Positions 14,003-26,377 of a DNA stretch of 64,000 nucleotides are shown piece after piece; within the stretch, counting starts at the first letter, position 1; each line of letters starts with the position of its first letter. The stretch is from NCBI GenBank assembly GCA_051294375.1, contig CM119267.1, forward strand, positions 23,796,377-23,860,376, read 5' to 3'. A program made the translations under genes and the position numbers. Source of the stretch: Paraspadella gotoi. Taxonomy: Eukaryota > Animalia > Chaetognatha. The notes under the pieces were generated by a model. The model searched no databases. It saw only the letters and a program-made list of their open reading frames with translations, and was not told the origin of the DNA.

Positions 14003-15594
14003 CTCACACATCCTGTCTGTAGGAATGGAATCTTCTTAATGAAGAATTTATCGGCCCGCCGCACACATCTTTGTCGGTGGTTCTCGAGGGAAAGGAAGAG
14101 TAAGGCATGTGGGGAAAATGTAGTGTGGGCAAAGTTTGGATGTGGGTGATAAGAAGAGAAAATTGTAAGTATTATCACGCTTAAAAAAGGGTTCTATCTA
14201 GAAAGTTTACCATGATAAGCATAACACTGAGAATAGGCTGACAAATTAGTTTGAGAATAGGCTGACATATTAGTTTTTAAAATAGGCTGACATTTGAGTT
14301 TTGGACTTTTGTGGTTGAGTTGTGGCGAAGGTGGTGGGATTTTTTGTGGCAAAGGATTTGTTTTGTCGCAATTGATTGAGAAAACGTTTGAATTTAATCG
14401 AATGGGCGTCTCGAGGGAAACAAAGTGGTGTAAGAGGAAAGGGAAAGACAAAAGGGGAAGAAAAGGAAAGAAGCAAAAGAAGAAAGGAAAGGAAAAAGAG
14501 AAAGAAAGAAAGGGAAAAAAACAGAGTGAGAAAAAAGAAGAGAAAGGCTAAGGGAATGGGAAAAAAGGACTCTGTGTTGCGTAGCAGTAATTTTATTTTT
14601 AACGTGTATTCCCTCTGTGATCACACGACTAATGACATGACATGAATGAAACTTGACTACAATAACTTCTTAGCCTGTGTATTTATAACACGCACTGCAT
14701 CGGAATTTCGTCTTTTGATTCTTATAGTTTTAGGATTTCCTGGAGGCGGCGCTAGTAGTCACTTAAATTGAGGATTTTTCCCTATAACAAATGAGCAACT
14801 AAAACTAGAGCGAGTTATGAGTATTTAACGTTAGTGGGACAGACATACTACCAACCGATCGACAGATCGACAAAGCGACCGAAAGTGATCATAGAGAACT
14901 CGCGCGTAGTGATTAGAAGAAGCAGATAATGAAAACAATTCAAAGATGAAATTGAAAAGGAATGGAAAAGAAAGAAAAAGAAAGAGAAAAATAAAAAAAG
15001 AAAATAATGTGTACTTCAGCGTGTGACTTAAATCTCATGAATATTTTCATTTAAATTCAACAAAAAATTGTTCTTTGATCTCAAATACCTGATCTCTTAG
15101 GGCTGTCGGGACTCTATGAATATCTGTAAGTAACGTGATTAAGTTTTCATAAAGTGAATTTCGAAAAGTGTTTTTATATTTTCTCTTTTTTTTCCTACGG
15201 CTACTATTTTAAAATTTAAATCTATTACAAACATTCTTGGACGAAATAAGACTCTTTGATAATCAGTCAATCATTCGATCAATCAATCTATGCAAAATCA
15301 AATAATCAATCTCAGATCATCAATCAATGATAATTCAGGCGTCGACCGATGCTGAGGAAATATCAAACCACCAAATTTCGGCCTGGTTAATGTCTATCCA
15401 ACGCACGCCTGATCAACTTCTGGCTGACGACATCCACTTCACCAGGAAATCCAACAGGCGCTCGTTGGCCGTTGTGATGGTCAGTCAGGTCCTACAGAGG
15501 AGGAAAGTTCCGGCTCTAGAAAAACCAGTCACGGCGATCCCGAGGGACCCGATCGCGCATAATAAATGAAGTCCTGGGTCCGAGATAGGCGTCG

Positions 15595-15659
<65 letters not shown>

Positions 15660-15751
15660 GTCTTTCCTTTTCTAACTGAGGCCATCTCTTATTTGGTCTG
15701 CGAAACTGGCCAAAAGTTCAATTTTCTTTCTCTCTCCTCTCTTCTCCTCTC

Positions 15752-15782
<31 letters not shown>

Positions 15783-17830
15783 CTCTCTCTCTCTCTTCTC
15801 TTTCTTCCGCTCGACTCGTCAATATTTTCCTGTTTTTCTCACGAAAACGAATAAAAAAAAAAAATCAAAAATTAAAGAAAGAATCGTTTCTTAGAAATAA
15901 TGAGAATTCGGTCTCGTGACGTCTCTGGAGGCAAAGAATTCTTCTCCTCGGACGTCAATGACAAATAAGTCTTTCGTCCGTTTTATTTCTCGTTTTCTTC
16001 TTCTTCTTCTTCGTCTGTTTGTTGTTGTTGGGTTGGTTGTTCGTCTCTCTCGTCTCTCTCTCTCTCTCTTCTTTCTCTCTCTCTCTCTCTCTCTCTCTCC
16101 TCTCTTCCTCTCTCTCTCTCTTTCTTCTCTTTTCTCTCTCTCTCTCTCTGCTTTCTTAGTTAATCGATACAGTTTAACTGAAATTGCCGTTGGCATTTCA
16201 ATTGACCAGAGAAGAAAGAGTGAAGAGAGAGAAAGAGAGAGAGAAGAGAAAAGAAGAGAGAGGAGTCATTCATAGTCAAATTGTCAAATTAGGCAGGTCA
16301 AACAAGCAGGGCTTTTTCCTCGTTATTGACAGTCTGATGTGCGTGATTTAAAATATCAGTGTTCTGTAAAAAGTGCCCAAATACCTTAATGTGTTTTTTT
16401 TTTTTTTTTTTTTTTTGCCTACAAAAAAAAAACCCACTTTCTTGATAAAATTAAAGTTATCTATAGCTGTAGTTAAGGATGCTACATTTTGACAACGCTT
16501 TTTACGTAAGAAAATTACACAAATAATAAGACCTTCACAGGCCGCAATGTACAAGTTCGCCGCACATTCTCAAAGTGTGCAGTCACACTTTTCGCTGAAC
16601 ACCGCACACTTTTTGCCGGAGACTCTATTCGTAAAATGCCGCCACAATTCGCTCGCGGCTCAACTGGACTCAAAGTCGATTCAATCCAATCCAATCCAAT
16701 CCAATCCAACGCGGGTCAATCCTAGACGTCAACAGGGTGATCCATATCGTTGAGATTACAAGCGAATCTCCTGTACTTTTCGTTTCGCGTCGAACAAAGA
16801 ACATTCTGTCTTCCATCCTTAAGTCGGTCTCACTGTATAGTCCTCTCCAGCCTAAGTCAATTTATTTCGCTCTCTCTCTCTCTCTCTCTCTCTCTGCTCT
16901 CTCTCTCTCTCCATCTCTCTCTCTCTCTCATCCTCTCTCTTTCTCTCTCTCTCTCAATATTACTGTCATCCACGACGCCTGGTGACGTTTATTGGTGAAG
17001 ATTATAACGTCATTAATGACGGATGTTTGACGTCAAACGAGGTTTGACTCACGACGACGCGAAAGTTGACGACAATAACGACGAAAACGACGTCGTCCGC
17101 ATGGCGTCTCCTCGTCTTGTTCTTAACCTTGCGTCTGGGTTCAAAATCCCTGGTCTATCCGCGTTTTTGGCTAAATGTAACGGAACCTGTTTAAAACATG
17201 CAAGTGGACAAGATACGTTAAACTTAGGGTGCCGCAGTCCCAAACCCAGTCGGTTTGAATAACCCGCGCAATCCATCGTTGCCATAATGCTGGATCTTTT
17301 TCGAAATGAAAGTTATATCTGCCGAGTGTTCATATTAGCTCAATTTATTCTCCACTCACTCCGAGCACGCTCACAGTCTCTGACACGCGATCTTATCGGC
17401 GACACGTTAGATCCGGCATGAACTTTCCGCGCGTGATTTACCGTACGCCGTTTATTCGAAACGTCATTCCGCGGCATGAAAAATCCCTAAACTCTCTCGC
17501 AAAGGAATCTCGGCACTCTCCCTTGGAATGTGAATACCGGGACTTTATACCCGGTACTCTCTCCCGGTACTCTTTTGTTGACATGGATGACTATAGACTT
17601 TCTCCCAGAACGCGATTTCCGGCACTCTGACTTTTTAACAACCAACGTAATTAACGCGCATTCTCTCATCAGAACACCTCTCCCGATAGTTTCCTGGAAC
17701 GCTCTCTCGCCCTTTCTCTCAGAAGCTCTCCGTCCGGCACTTTCTCCCGACACTCTCTTCCTCTCTCTGCTTAAAAGATATTTTTCCGGCACTTAACCTA
17801 CGAACTCTCTCCGCGACACTCTCTCTCTCC
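11887..17830 (+). repeat. ~6.1-kb segmental tandem duplication, copy 2
   Basis: Colinear with 5720-11886. Differs mostly by 1-bp indels, plus a few block differences. Confidence 0.95.
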
Positions 17831-18309
17831 GGCAGCATTTCCCGGCACTCAATTTTCTGTCTCTCCCCGCACGCCGTGGGTTTTACGACCGGAAGTTGGC
17901 GCGACGCCGGAACGAAAAGACGCGGAGTCAGCGAATAAGCGTTTGGTTTTTGATTGAGGGGAGGCGAAGGGGGGAGAGAGGGGGGGGCAGGAGAGGGGGG
18001 TAGAGAGGGGAGAGAAATAGTGGGGGAGAAAAGGGGAGGAGGGAAAGGGAGAAGGGGAGGGAAGAGTGGTAGAAGTTGAGAGAAAAAGAGCGAGAAGAGA
18101 TGCGAGAGAAGAGAATAAAAGAGAGAAAAGAAGGAGTAATACAGTGATGACATTAATTTATTAAATACATTTTTATGCAATATAAATTAATTCCGCTGAA
18201 ACTTCACCCCCTCCGTTAATTTAAAAGGGAGAGAGGGAGCGAAAGGATTAGAAGTAAGAGTAGANNNNNNNNNNNNNNNNNNNNNNNNNGAGTAGAAGTG
18301 GAATATTAA

Positions 18310-18620
18310 TTGAGGGAGAATGAGGAAAGGGGGAAAAGTAAAAGTAAAAATTAAGGAAAGGAGAAATAAAGCGAGGGAGAATGAGGAAAGGGGGAAATGT
18401 AGGAGTGAAAATTAAGGAAAGGAGAAATAAAGGGAGGGAGAATGAGGAAAGGGGGAAAAGTAGGAGTGAAAATTAAGGAAAGGAGAAATAAAGGGACGGA
18501 GAATGAGGAAAGGGGGAAAAGTAGGAGTGAAAATTAAGGAAAGGAGAAATAAAGGGAGGGAGAATGAGGAAAGGGGAAAAAGTAGAAGTGGAAATTAAGG
18601 AAAGTGAAAATTAAGGGAGG
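18310..18620. repeat. ~61-bp purine-rich minisatellite x~5
   Basis: The unit gagaatgaggaaagggggaaaagtaggagtgaaaattaaggaaaggagaaataaagggagg repeats in tandem. Confidence 0.9.
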
Positions 18621-19554
18621 GATAAAAAAAAAAATAGGAGTGGAGTAATGAGTGAAGGAAACCAAGTGGAAGATTGAAAATTGCTGAGGCGGATTCCGTT
18701 GTGGGGGGAAGGGAAAGGAAAAATGGAGGAAGGGAGGAAAGAAGGGAGGAGAGAGGCAGTAGGGAGGGAAGGAGAGAGGGAGGAAAGAAGGGAGAAAGGA
18801 AGGAAGGAAGGAACAACAACTAAAAAATATAAAAATGGTCTGTTTAAAAGAGAAATAGAAAAATACGTGGCAAAATTGAAAAGAGGATAAAACAGATAGT
18901 AAAATATAAAAGAAAAAAAAAGAAAAAAGAAAAAAGAAGAAAAAATATAAAAATGCGATTGAATGTGACAGGAAAAGAATCAAGGAATTGAGAGAGAGAC
19001 TTTTGGAGGAGGAAAAAGTAATAAGAGAACGAGAGATCCTCTTGTTCTTTTTTTTTCTTTCTTCTTCTTCCTCTTCTTCCTCCTCCTCCTCCTCCTCTTT
19101 CCTTCCGCGTCTCCAATAACATTCCAGACTCTTTTTTTTCTTTCCTTCTTCTCAGTTTTCCATCAAAATTCGGATCAAAAAAGTTCTTTCTGGGCGCTAA
19201 GTGGAAAGAAAGAAAGTGGGAAGGAAAGAAGGATGGAAAGAAAGTATGAAGACAAAAAATAAAGTATGAATGAAGAAATGAAAGGAGAGAAAGAAAGAAA
19301 GAAAGTATGAGAAGAGAAAAAACGAAAGATGATAAGAAATAAAGTTGGAAACAAGTTTGAGCAAACAATGTCGGATCTGCCTACGATAATTTAGTGTGGT
19401 AATCAGCTATTCTGATGATAGATCACGTCAATTCTTTCTGACTTTCAATTTGTGATCTTAACAGATCATAACAAATCTTAACATAACAAATCATGACATA
19501 CCTCTGTATAAATCTACGAAAAAATCTTTAAATCAATTGATCTGCTGCGCCAAT

Positions 19555-19755
19555 AATAACTAGCATAATTTGGTCAACTTATATATTTTGGTCAACTTGC
19601 TTTATTTGGTCAACTTATTTAATTTGGTCACCTTTCATAATTTGAATCAACTGGCATGAATTTGGTCAAGCTGGCAATAAATTTAGTCAATTGACATAAT
19701 TTGGTCAACAGCATAATTTGGTCCACTAGTCAAATAAATTTGGTCACTGGCATTT
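19555..19755. repeat. Degenerate ~19-bp tandem repeat (cataatttggtcaact core) x~10
   Basis: The tttggtca core recurs at roughly 18-22 bp spacing. Confidence 0.8.
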
Positions 19756-19844
19756 CATCTCAAATAATCCAATTAATTGTGAATAATTTGAATAATTGTG
19801 AAGTAAGATATAATTAAAAACATTTTAAAAAGTCACTTTGTTTT

Positions 19845-20215
19845 TATATTTAAACTCATTTCCACTCCGCATCATTCCTTCAAAAATTTATATCGCAGCT
19901 CAATCACACAGATTCTAAACCAGACACTAAATTTCAGCTAAATCCATCCATCCAATTATGATTAATTATAGTTAATGTAAGTAAAAAGATTCAAGTAAAT
20001 GTGACTTATGTTTTTTTCCATTTAAACTCATTTCCACTCGCACGATTCCATCGAAACTTTATATCCAGCTTCGTCACACAATTTTCCAACCACACACAAA
20101 ATTTCATTTCAATCCATCCATACAATCACGAGTAATTGGAGACAGACAGACAGACAGACAGTCAGATTTAGGGGGGACCGACGGACCGACAAAGTAGATT
20201 ATAGAGTCGGGATCT
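19845..20215 (-). mobile_element. HINE/DINE-1-like element with two ~170-bp internal repeats and a (GACA)n tract
   Basis: tttaaactcatttccactc...aaatttca...aatccatccat occurs at ~19849 and ~20021. It is followed by (gaca)n and ccgacggaccgacaaagtagattatagagtcg, which resembles the end of the 8.5/29-kb repeat. Confidence 0.5.
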
Positions 20216-21035
20216 GCTAAAAAAGCGATAAGGAAAAAAAGAGACAAACACATAAAGAAAGAGAGTGAAAATGAAAAGCAAGCAAACAGGGAAAAAAAAA
20301 AATCAATCAATATAAAACGTGTTCAATCAATATATCAACGAAAAAACACAATCCAAACAAACAAGCAAAACTTTAAAAAAAAACCGCGCGAAAATTCTCA
20401 GATAAAAAAAATCGATCAGAGAGAAAAAAACAACAAAAAATTCCATATGGAATCGAATCATTTTTTCTTTTTTTTGGCTGCCAGAGATTTTTTCTTTCTT
20501 TTTCCTTTTATCTTCTTTCTTTTATTTATTTTTTTTTTTGCTCTTTTGTTTGTCGGTTTTTATGTCGTCACTAAAACCAACTTTTTTAGTCCCGTCGCGG
20601 GTAAACCATTGTACAACNNNNNNNNNNNNNNNNNNNNNNNNNNNNNNNNNNNNNNNNNNNNNNNNNNNNNNNNNNNNNNNNNNNNNNNNNNNNNNNNNNN
20701 NNNNNNNNNNNNNNNNNNNNNNNNNNNNNNNNNNNNNNNNNNNNNNNNNNNNNNNNNNNNNNNNNNNNNNNNNNNNNNNNNNNNNNNNNNNNNNNNNNNN
20801 NNNNNNNNNNNNNNNNNNNNNNNNNNNNNNNNNNNNNNNNNNNNNNNNNNNNNNNNNNNNNNNNNNNNNNNNNNNNNNNNNNNNNNNNNNNNNNNNNNNN
20901 NGTGGGCGACCTCTACCGGAGGCGTCGTCGCCATCTTGAGAGTCAGGACCTTTAGCTCGTTCCATTTTCTCAGGAGTCGACGATGACGACGGTGACGATG
21001 ACGATGATGATGATGAAAACGACAAAGATAGGGAA

Positions 21036-21093
<58 letters not shown>

Positions 21094-22754
21094 GTGAAGT
21101 TATAGATCAAGATTGATGAAAATGGGTCCACAAATGAAATAAGTTGCGCTAAATGGACGGCGCCAAATGGCCAGCGCGAGAATGCGTGACGCGCCACCGT
21201 GACGCGCCATCTTGACGCGACACCGTAACGCGTCACATTGACGTGCCCGCGCGACGTCTTTTACTCGCGTCTCAGCTTCCGAGTTGATTCTTTCTGTTGG
21301 ATTCTCATTTGAATGGATTTAATATCATTTGTTACTAAAATAATTATGAAATACCTATATTTAGTTTAAAATTTTTATCATATTTTAATCAAAATCCTAT
21401 TCGTTCCATTTTTCTCTTATTTCATATCTTAATCTTATTTCGTTTCTAATTTCCTCTTCCTCTTCCTCTTCCTCTTCCTTCTCAGTTGCTACTTNNNNNN
21501 NNNNNNNNNNNNNNNNNNNNNNNNNNNNNNNNNNNNNNNNNNNNNNNNNNNNNNNNNNNNNNNNNNNNNNNNNNNNNNNNNNNNNNNNNNNNNNNNNNNN
21601 NNNNNNNNNNNNNNNNNNNNNNNNNNNNNNNNNNNNNNNNNNNNNNNNNNNNNNNNNNNNNNNNNNNNNNNNNNNNNNNNNNNNNNNNNNNNNNNNNNNN
21701 NNNNNNNNNNNNNNNNNNNNNNNNNNNNNNNNNNNNNNNNNNNNNNNNNNNNNNNNNNNNNNNNNNNNNNNNNNNNNNNNNNNNNNNNNNNNNNNNNNNN
21801 NNNNNNNNNNNNNNNNNNNNNNNNNNNNNNNNNNNNNNNNNNNNNNNNNNNNNNNNNNNNNNTTTTCTTTTTCTTTTCTTTTTCTTTTCTTTTTCCCGCC
21901 AAAAAATGAAAAATATGGAATTTTATTTCTTTCTCGTCGACGAATCTTTATAGGTTTTCATTTCTTCCTACGCAACTCGAGAAGACTATTTTTTAGTCGG
22001 TCGGTCCTTTTCTCCATTAATCTTTCAATGTTTTTAAAACTGTTTGTATGTATATCTGTCGGTAAATCTGGCTTTCAATTTGCTTTGGTGGCTGAGTATG
22101 ACAGTACGCTAAATTAAGTAAAATCAGTGATGTTTATTTTCTCCGAACAAACGGAAATGATTTCAACATTCCGTAAAAATTCCAAAAAAACAAACATAGT
22201 CGAAGACTTAAGCATTTTTTGTAACCTAGAAAGTCAATGCAACGTTTTAGTTTTCTGTATTTTTTACTTTTTTTTCTTGTCCCGTTTCATTCCTCAATTG
22301 TTTGTTCTGTTTCATTCTTCCATTTAATGTCCTATTTCATTCCATTTGGTGCCCAATCCATTTCTCCTTTTTTTGTTTCATTTTTCCATTTTTTGTCCTG
22401 TTTCATTTTTCAATTAAATGTCCTATTTCATTCCGTTTGGTGTCCAATCAATTTCTCCATTTTTGTCAACAAAAAAAGTCATCCCTTTGTTTTTCTCATT
22501 CATTTGTCCATTTTATATCCCAGATTTTGCCATCATTTTTTATATCACAATATAATACAATATTAGTATTTAAGTTTATTCCTTTTTTCCGTTCGTTCTG
22601 GCCCGTGACTGTTTTGTCGTTGTGGCTTCTGTCAGTTGTTATGTAAGTTTGTTATGTTTATTATGTTTGTTTGTTTGTTGTTTTAGTTAGTTTCCCTATT
22701 CATCCTTCGACGCCTAAATATGTCACTTTTATGCTCTCGTTTGATTCAAAAGAT

Positions 22755-23105
22755 TTTTGCATTCTCTTCTTGGCATTCTCTTTTGCATTCTCTTCTTGGC
22801 GTTCTCTTTTGCATTCTTCTTGGCATTCTCTTTTGCATTCTCTTCTTGGCATTCTCTTTTGCATTCTTCTTGGCATTCTCTTTTGCATTCTCTTCTTGGC
22901 ATTCTCTTTTGCATTCTCTTCTTGAAATTCTCTTTTGCATTCTCTTCTTGGCATTCTCTTTTACATTCTCTTCTTGGCATTCTCCTTTGCATTCTCTTAA
23001 TGCATTCTCTTTTACATTCTTCTTGGCATTATCTTGTACATTCTCTTTTTTATTCCTCTTTGTATTATCTTTTGCATTCCTTTTTACTTTCTTGTTTGCA
23101 TTCTT
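22755..23105. repeat. ~26-29-bp minisatellite (ttttgcattctcttcttggcattctc)
   Basis: Tandem units are visible and explain the overlapping repetitive ORFs on both strands. Confidence 0.92.
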
Positions 23106-23229
23106 TTTTATTCAGTCTTGTTTTCCTCTTTCTTTGGAAAAGGCCCGGCGTTCGGCGCGCCCGGCTTAATCGTGACGATTCTGCCAGTTGGCGTCTGTCC
23201 GTCATTTTTGTCAGTTCGCCCACGCTCTT

Positions 23230-23262
<33 letters not shown>

Positions 23263-24133
23263 NNNNNNNNNNNNNNNNNNNNNNNNNNNNNNNNNNNNNN
23301 NNNNNNNNNNNNNNNNNNNNNNNNNNNNNNNNNNNNNNNNNNNNNNNNNNNNNNNNNNNNNNNNNNNNNNNNNNNNNNNNNNNNNNNNNNNNNNNNNNNN
23401 NNNNNNNNNNNNNNNNNNCTTTTCCTTTCTTTTCCTTTCTTTTCCTTTCTTTTCTTTCCTTCTCCTTTCTTTTCCTTTCTTTTCCTCTTTTCTCCTTTGT
23501 TTTTTTTTCATCTCAAACAAAGACCTACTTTTTCAATTAGACATATTTTTTCTTTCACTCAATATTAATGTATGAAATTGGTACAACCAATATAAAAATT
23601 CTCCATTCATTTAATAAATAAGCTATTTTGTCCCTGACTTTGGACAGGATTTGGTGGTTTAAGGCCTCCATCACACTTACAAGATATATTCGTTTTCATC
23701 ATTTCTAACATTAAAACATCAACAAAGAGATTAAGTATTTACTATTCACTACAAAATTTTAATATGAAAAAATTATCCATTCATTTTATAGATATCTTGC
23801 TACTGACTTTGGACAATGAACAATTGGACAGGACATGCTATGATGGTTTAAGGCCTCAATCCCTCTTAAAGCATAAATACATAGTAGGACCCCGAAAACA
23901 TTTAATCAAAACTCTCTCACTGTCAAGTTTATTAACTTCCCTATTAATGAAGTGGTGTAATGAAACCAGTATGTCAATAAACCTTTTCATTTATATAAAA
24001 TAATATGTTTAAGCCACTCATTCATCTCTTAACATCCTCACTGATATTTTCTCTCACCTTCTCTCTAATCCCTGTTCTTTTTAGTTCTCCTATCAAATTT
24101 CCTCTTAAAGAATAAACACACAAAAAAACAAAG

Positions 24134-24173
<40 letters not shown>

Positions 24174-25387
24174 AACAACACATTTTTTTCCTTAACATTT
24201 TTAGGGCGACGTTTTCGAGGAAAACTACTTTCGTTTTTCGCGTTTCAAGTTTCGTCGTCTCATATTACTCTTTCCCACTTCTCTGCCTTCTCCCTTCTTC
24301 CTTGTCCTTCTCCCCCCTCTTCTCCCCCCCATCCTCCTCCACCTCCTCCTCTTCGCTCTCTTCCTCTTCCTTACTCTCCCCTTCTCTCCCTCCACCTTCC
24401 TCTTCTCTTCTCCTAGGACTCCTCTTCCTTCTCCCCCTTCTCTCTCCCCGCATGCCTCCTCCACCTTTCCCCTTCCTTCTCCTCTCCTCTTCCTTCTCCC
24501 CCTCTTTCTCCGCCACCGGCGCGCGCCATTTTTGTCCATTTTCGAAAAATTTCACACTTTGTTGCGAGCACGANNNNNNNNNNNNNNNNNNNNNNNNNNN
24601 NNNNNNNNNNNNNNNNNNNNNNNNNNNNNNNNNNNNNNNNNNNNNNNNNNNNNNNNNNNNNNNNNNNNNNNNNNNNNNNNNNNNNNNNNNNNNNNNNNNN
24701 NNNNNNNNNNNNNNNNNNNNNNNNNNNNNNNNNNNNNNNNNNNNNNNNNNNNNNNNNNNNNNNNNNNNNNNNNNNNNNNNNNNNNNNNNNNNNNNNNNNN
24801 NNNNNNNNNNNNNNNNNNNNNNNNNNNNNNNNNNNNNNNNNNNNNNNNNNNNNNNNNNNNNNNNNNNNNNNNNNNNNNNNNNNNNNNNNNNNNNNNNNNN
24901 NNNNNNNNNNNNNNNNNNNNNNNNNNNNNNNNNNNNNNNNNNNNNNNNNNNNNNNNNNNNNNNNNNNNNNNNNNNNNNNNNNNNNNNNNNNNNNNNNNNN
25001 NNNNNNNNNNNNNNNNNNNNNNNNNNNNNNNNNNNNNNNNNNNNNNNNNNNNNNNNNNNNNNNNNNNNNNNNNNNNNNNNNNNNNNNNNNNNNNNNNNNN
25101 NNNNNNNNNNNNNNNNNNNNNNNNNNNNNNNNNNNNNNNNNNNNNNNNNNNNNNNNNNNNNNNNNNNNNNNNNNNNNNNNNNNNNNNNNNNNNNNNNNNN
25201 NNNNNNNNNNNNNNNNNNNNNNNNNNNNNNNNNNNNNNNNNNNNNNNNNNNNNNNNNNNNNNNNNNNNNNNNNNNNNNNNNNNNNNGAAAGAATATTTTT
25301 TGGGAGGAAAGAATTTGCTTTGTCAGTCTTTACAAAGTAATGTAGGAACTTATACTGGGTTTAAGATCGCTGTTTCATTATCACTCC

Positions 25388-25423
<36 letters not shown>

Positions 25424-25937
25424 TTCTCTCTCTCTCTATCTCTCTCTCTCATACGATTAAGTATTTCAAATTTTTTTAGCTTCTCTTTAGTTTAAACATT
25501 ATTATTTTTTCCTTGGTGCGAAATTGTAAAAGTAAAATGTAACTTTACATTTCGCCATTTTGTTTTTCTACTTTTTTCCCCATAAATTTCTCTTTCGAGT
25601 TTTTCCTCAACGGCTCCTTTTGCTTTTCTTTTCTTCAATCTTCTTTGTTATCCTCTTTTTTTATTTTCATTTTTATGCTGCTTTGTTACGGCCTTTTTTT
25701 TAAAAATAGCTTTGCTCACTTGCTTTTCTTGTTTATTCCTGTCTTTTTTTCTTCATCCTTGCTCGCTTTTTATCTTCTATTCTCTGCTTTTTTTCTCTCT
25801 ATCGCCGCTTCTTTCGTAGCTTTTTTTCGCTTTTTTTTCGCTTTCTCCCCGCTTCTTCCTTCGCTCTTATTTCGCTTTTTTTCCCGCTCTTCTTTGCAGC
25901 AAAAAAAAAAAGAAAGAAAAAGAANNNNNNNNNNGCG

Positions 25938-26160
25938 TTCACTTTTCCGTCGGTCCGTCGGTCCGTCGGTATGTCAGTCCATCGGTCTGTCTCACTTACG
26001 TTAAAAATGCATATAATTTGCCTATAGTTGGTTGCTTATTTGTTAGCGCCAGCGCCGCATTCAAGAATTCCTAAAACTATAAGGAATAAAAGACGGAATT
26101 TTGATGCAGTCATAAATACATGGGCAAAGAGAGTTTTTTAGTCATGTCATGTCATGTCAC
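25938..26160 (+). mobile_element. Internally deleted copy of the HINE-like dispersed repeat
   Basis: tcacttttccgtcggtccgtcggtcc...cacttacgttaaaa...tgcctatagttggttgc...gcgccgc...tgatgcagt...(catgt)n is shared with 29.0-29.56 kb. Confidence 0.6.
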
Positions 26161-26377
26161 ATCCTGCGAAAATAAAGTCATTGCATTGGAATTACCGTTC
26201 TTGTTTCTTTTCTTTTCTCTTCTTACTTTTTTTTCTCTCTTATTTTTTTACATCTTTCTCACAACAGTAACAATTTATTTTTTAGTTCCACAATATAAAT
26301 AACTTTTTTCTATTCTGTCAATAATAAAAGTGGTACAACCAATATATTAATTAACTATTCATTGCATGAAAAATCCT

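Noticed and set aside
22700-22992. Repetitive RRECKRECQEENAKENAKK ORFs
   Set aside because: The same peptide appears in all frames, which is diagnostic of a non-triplet minisatellite.
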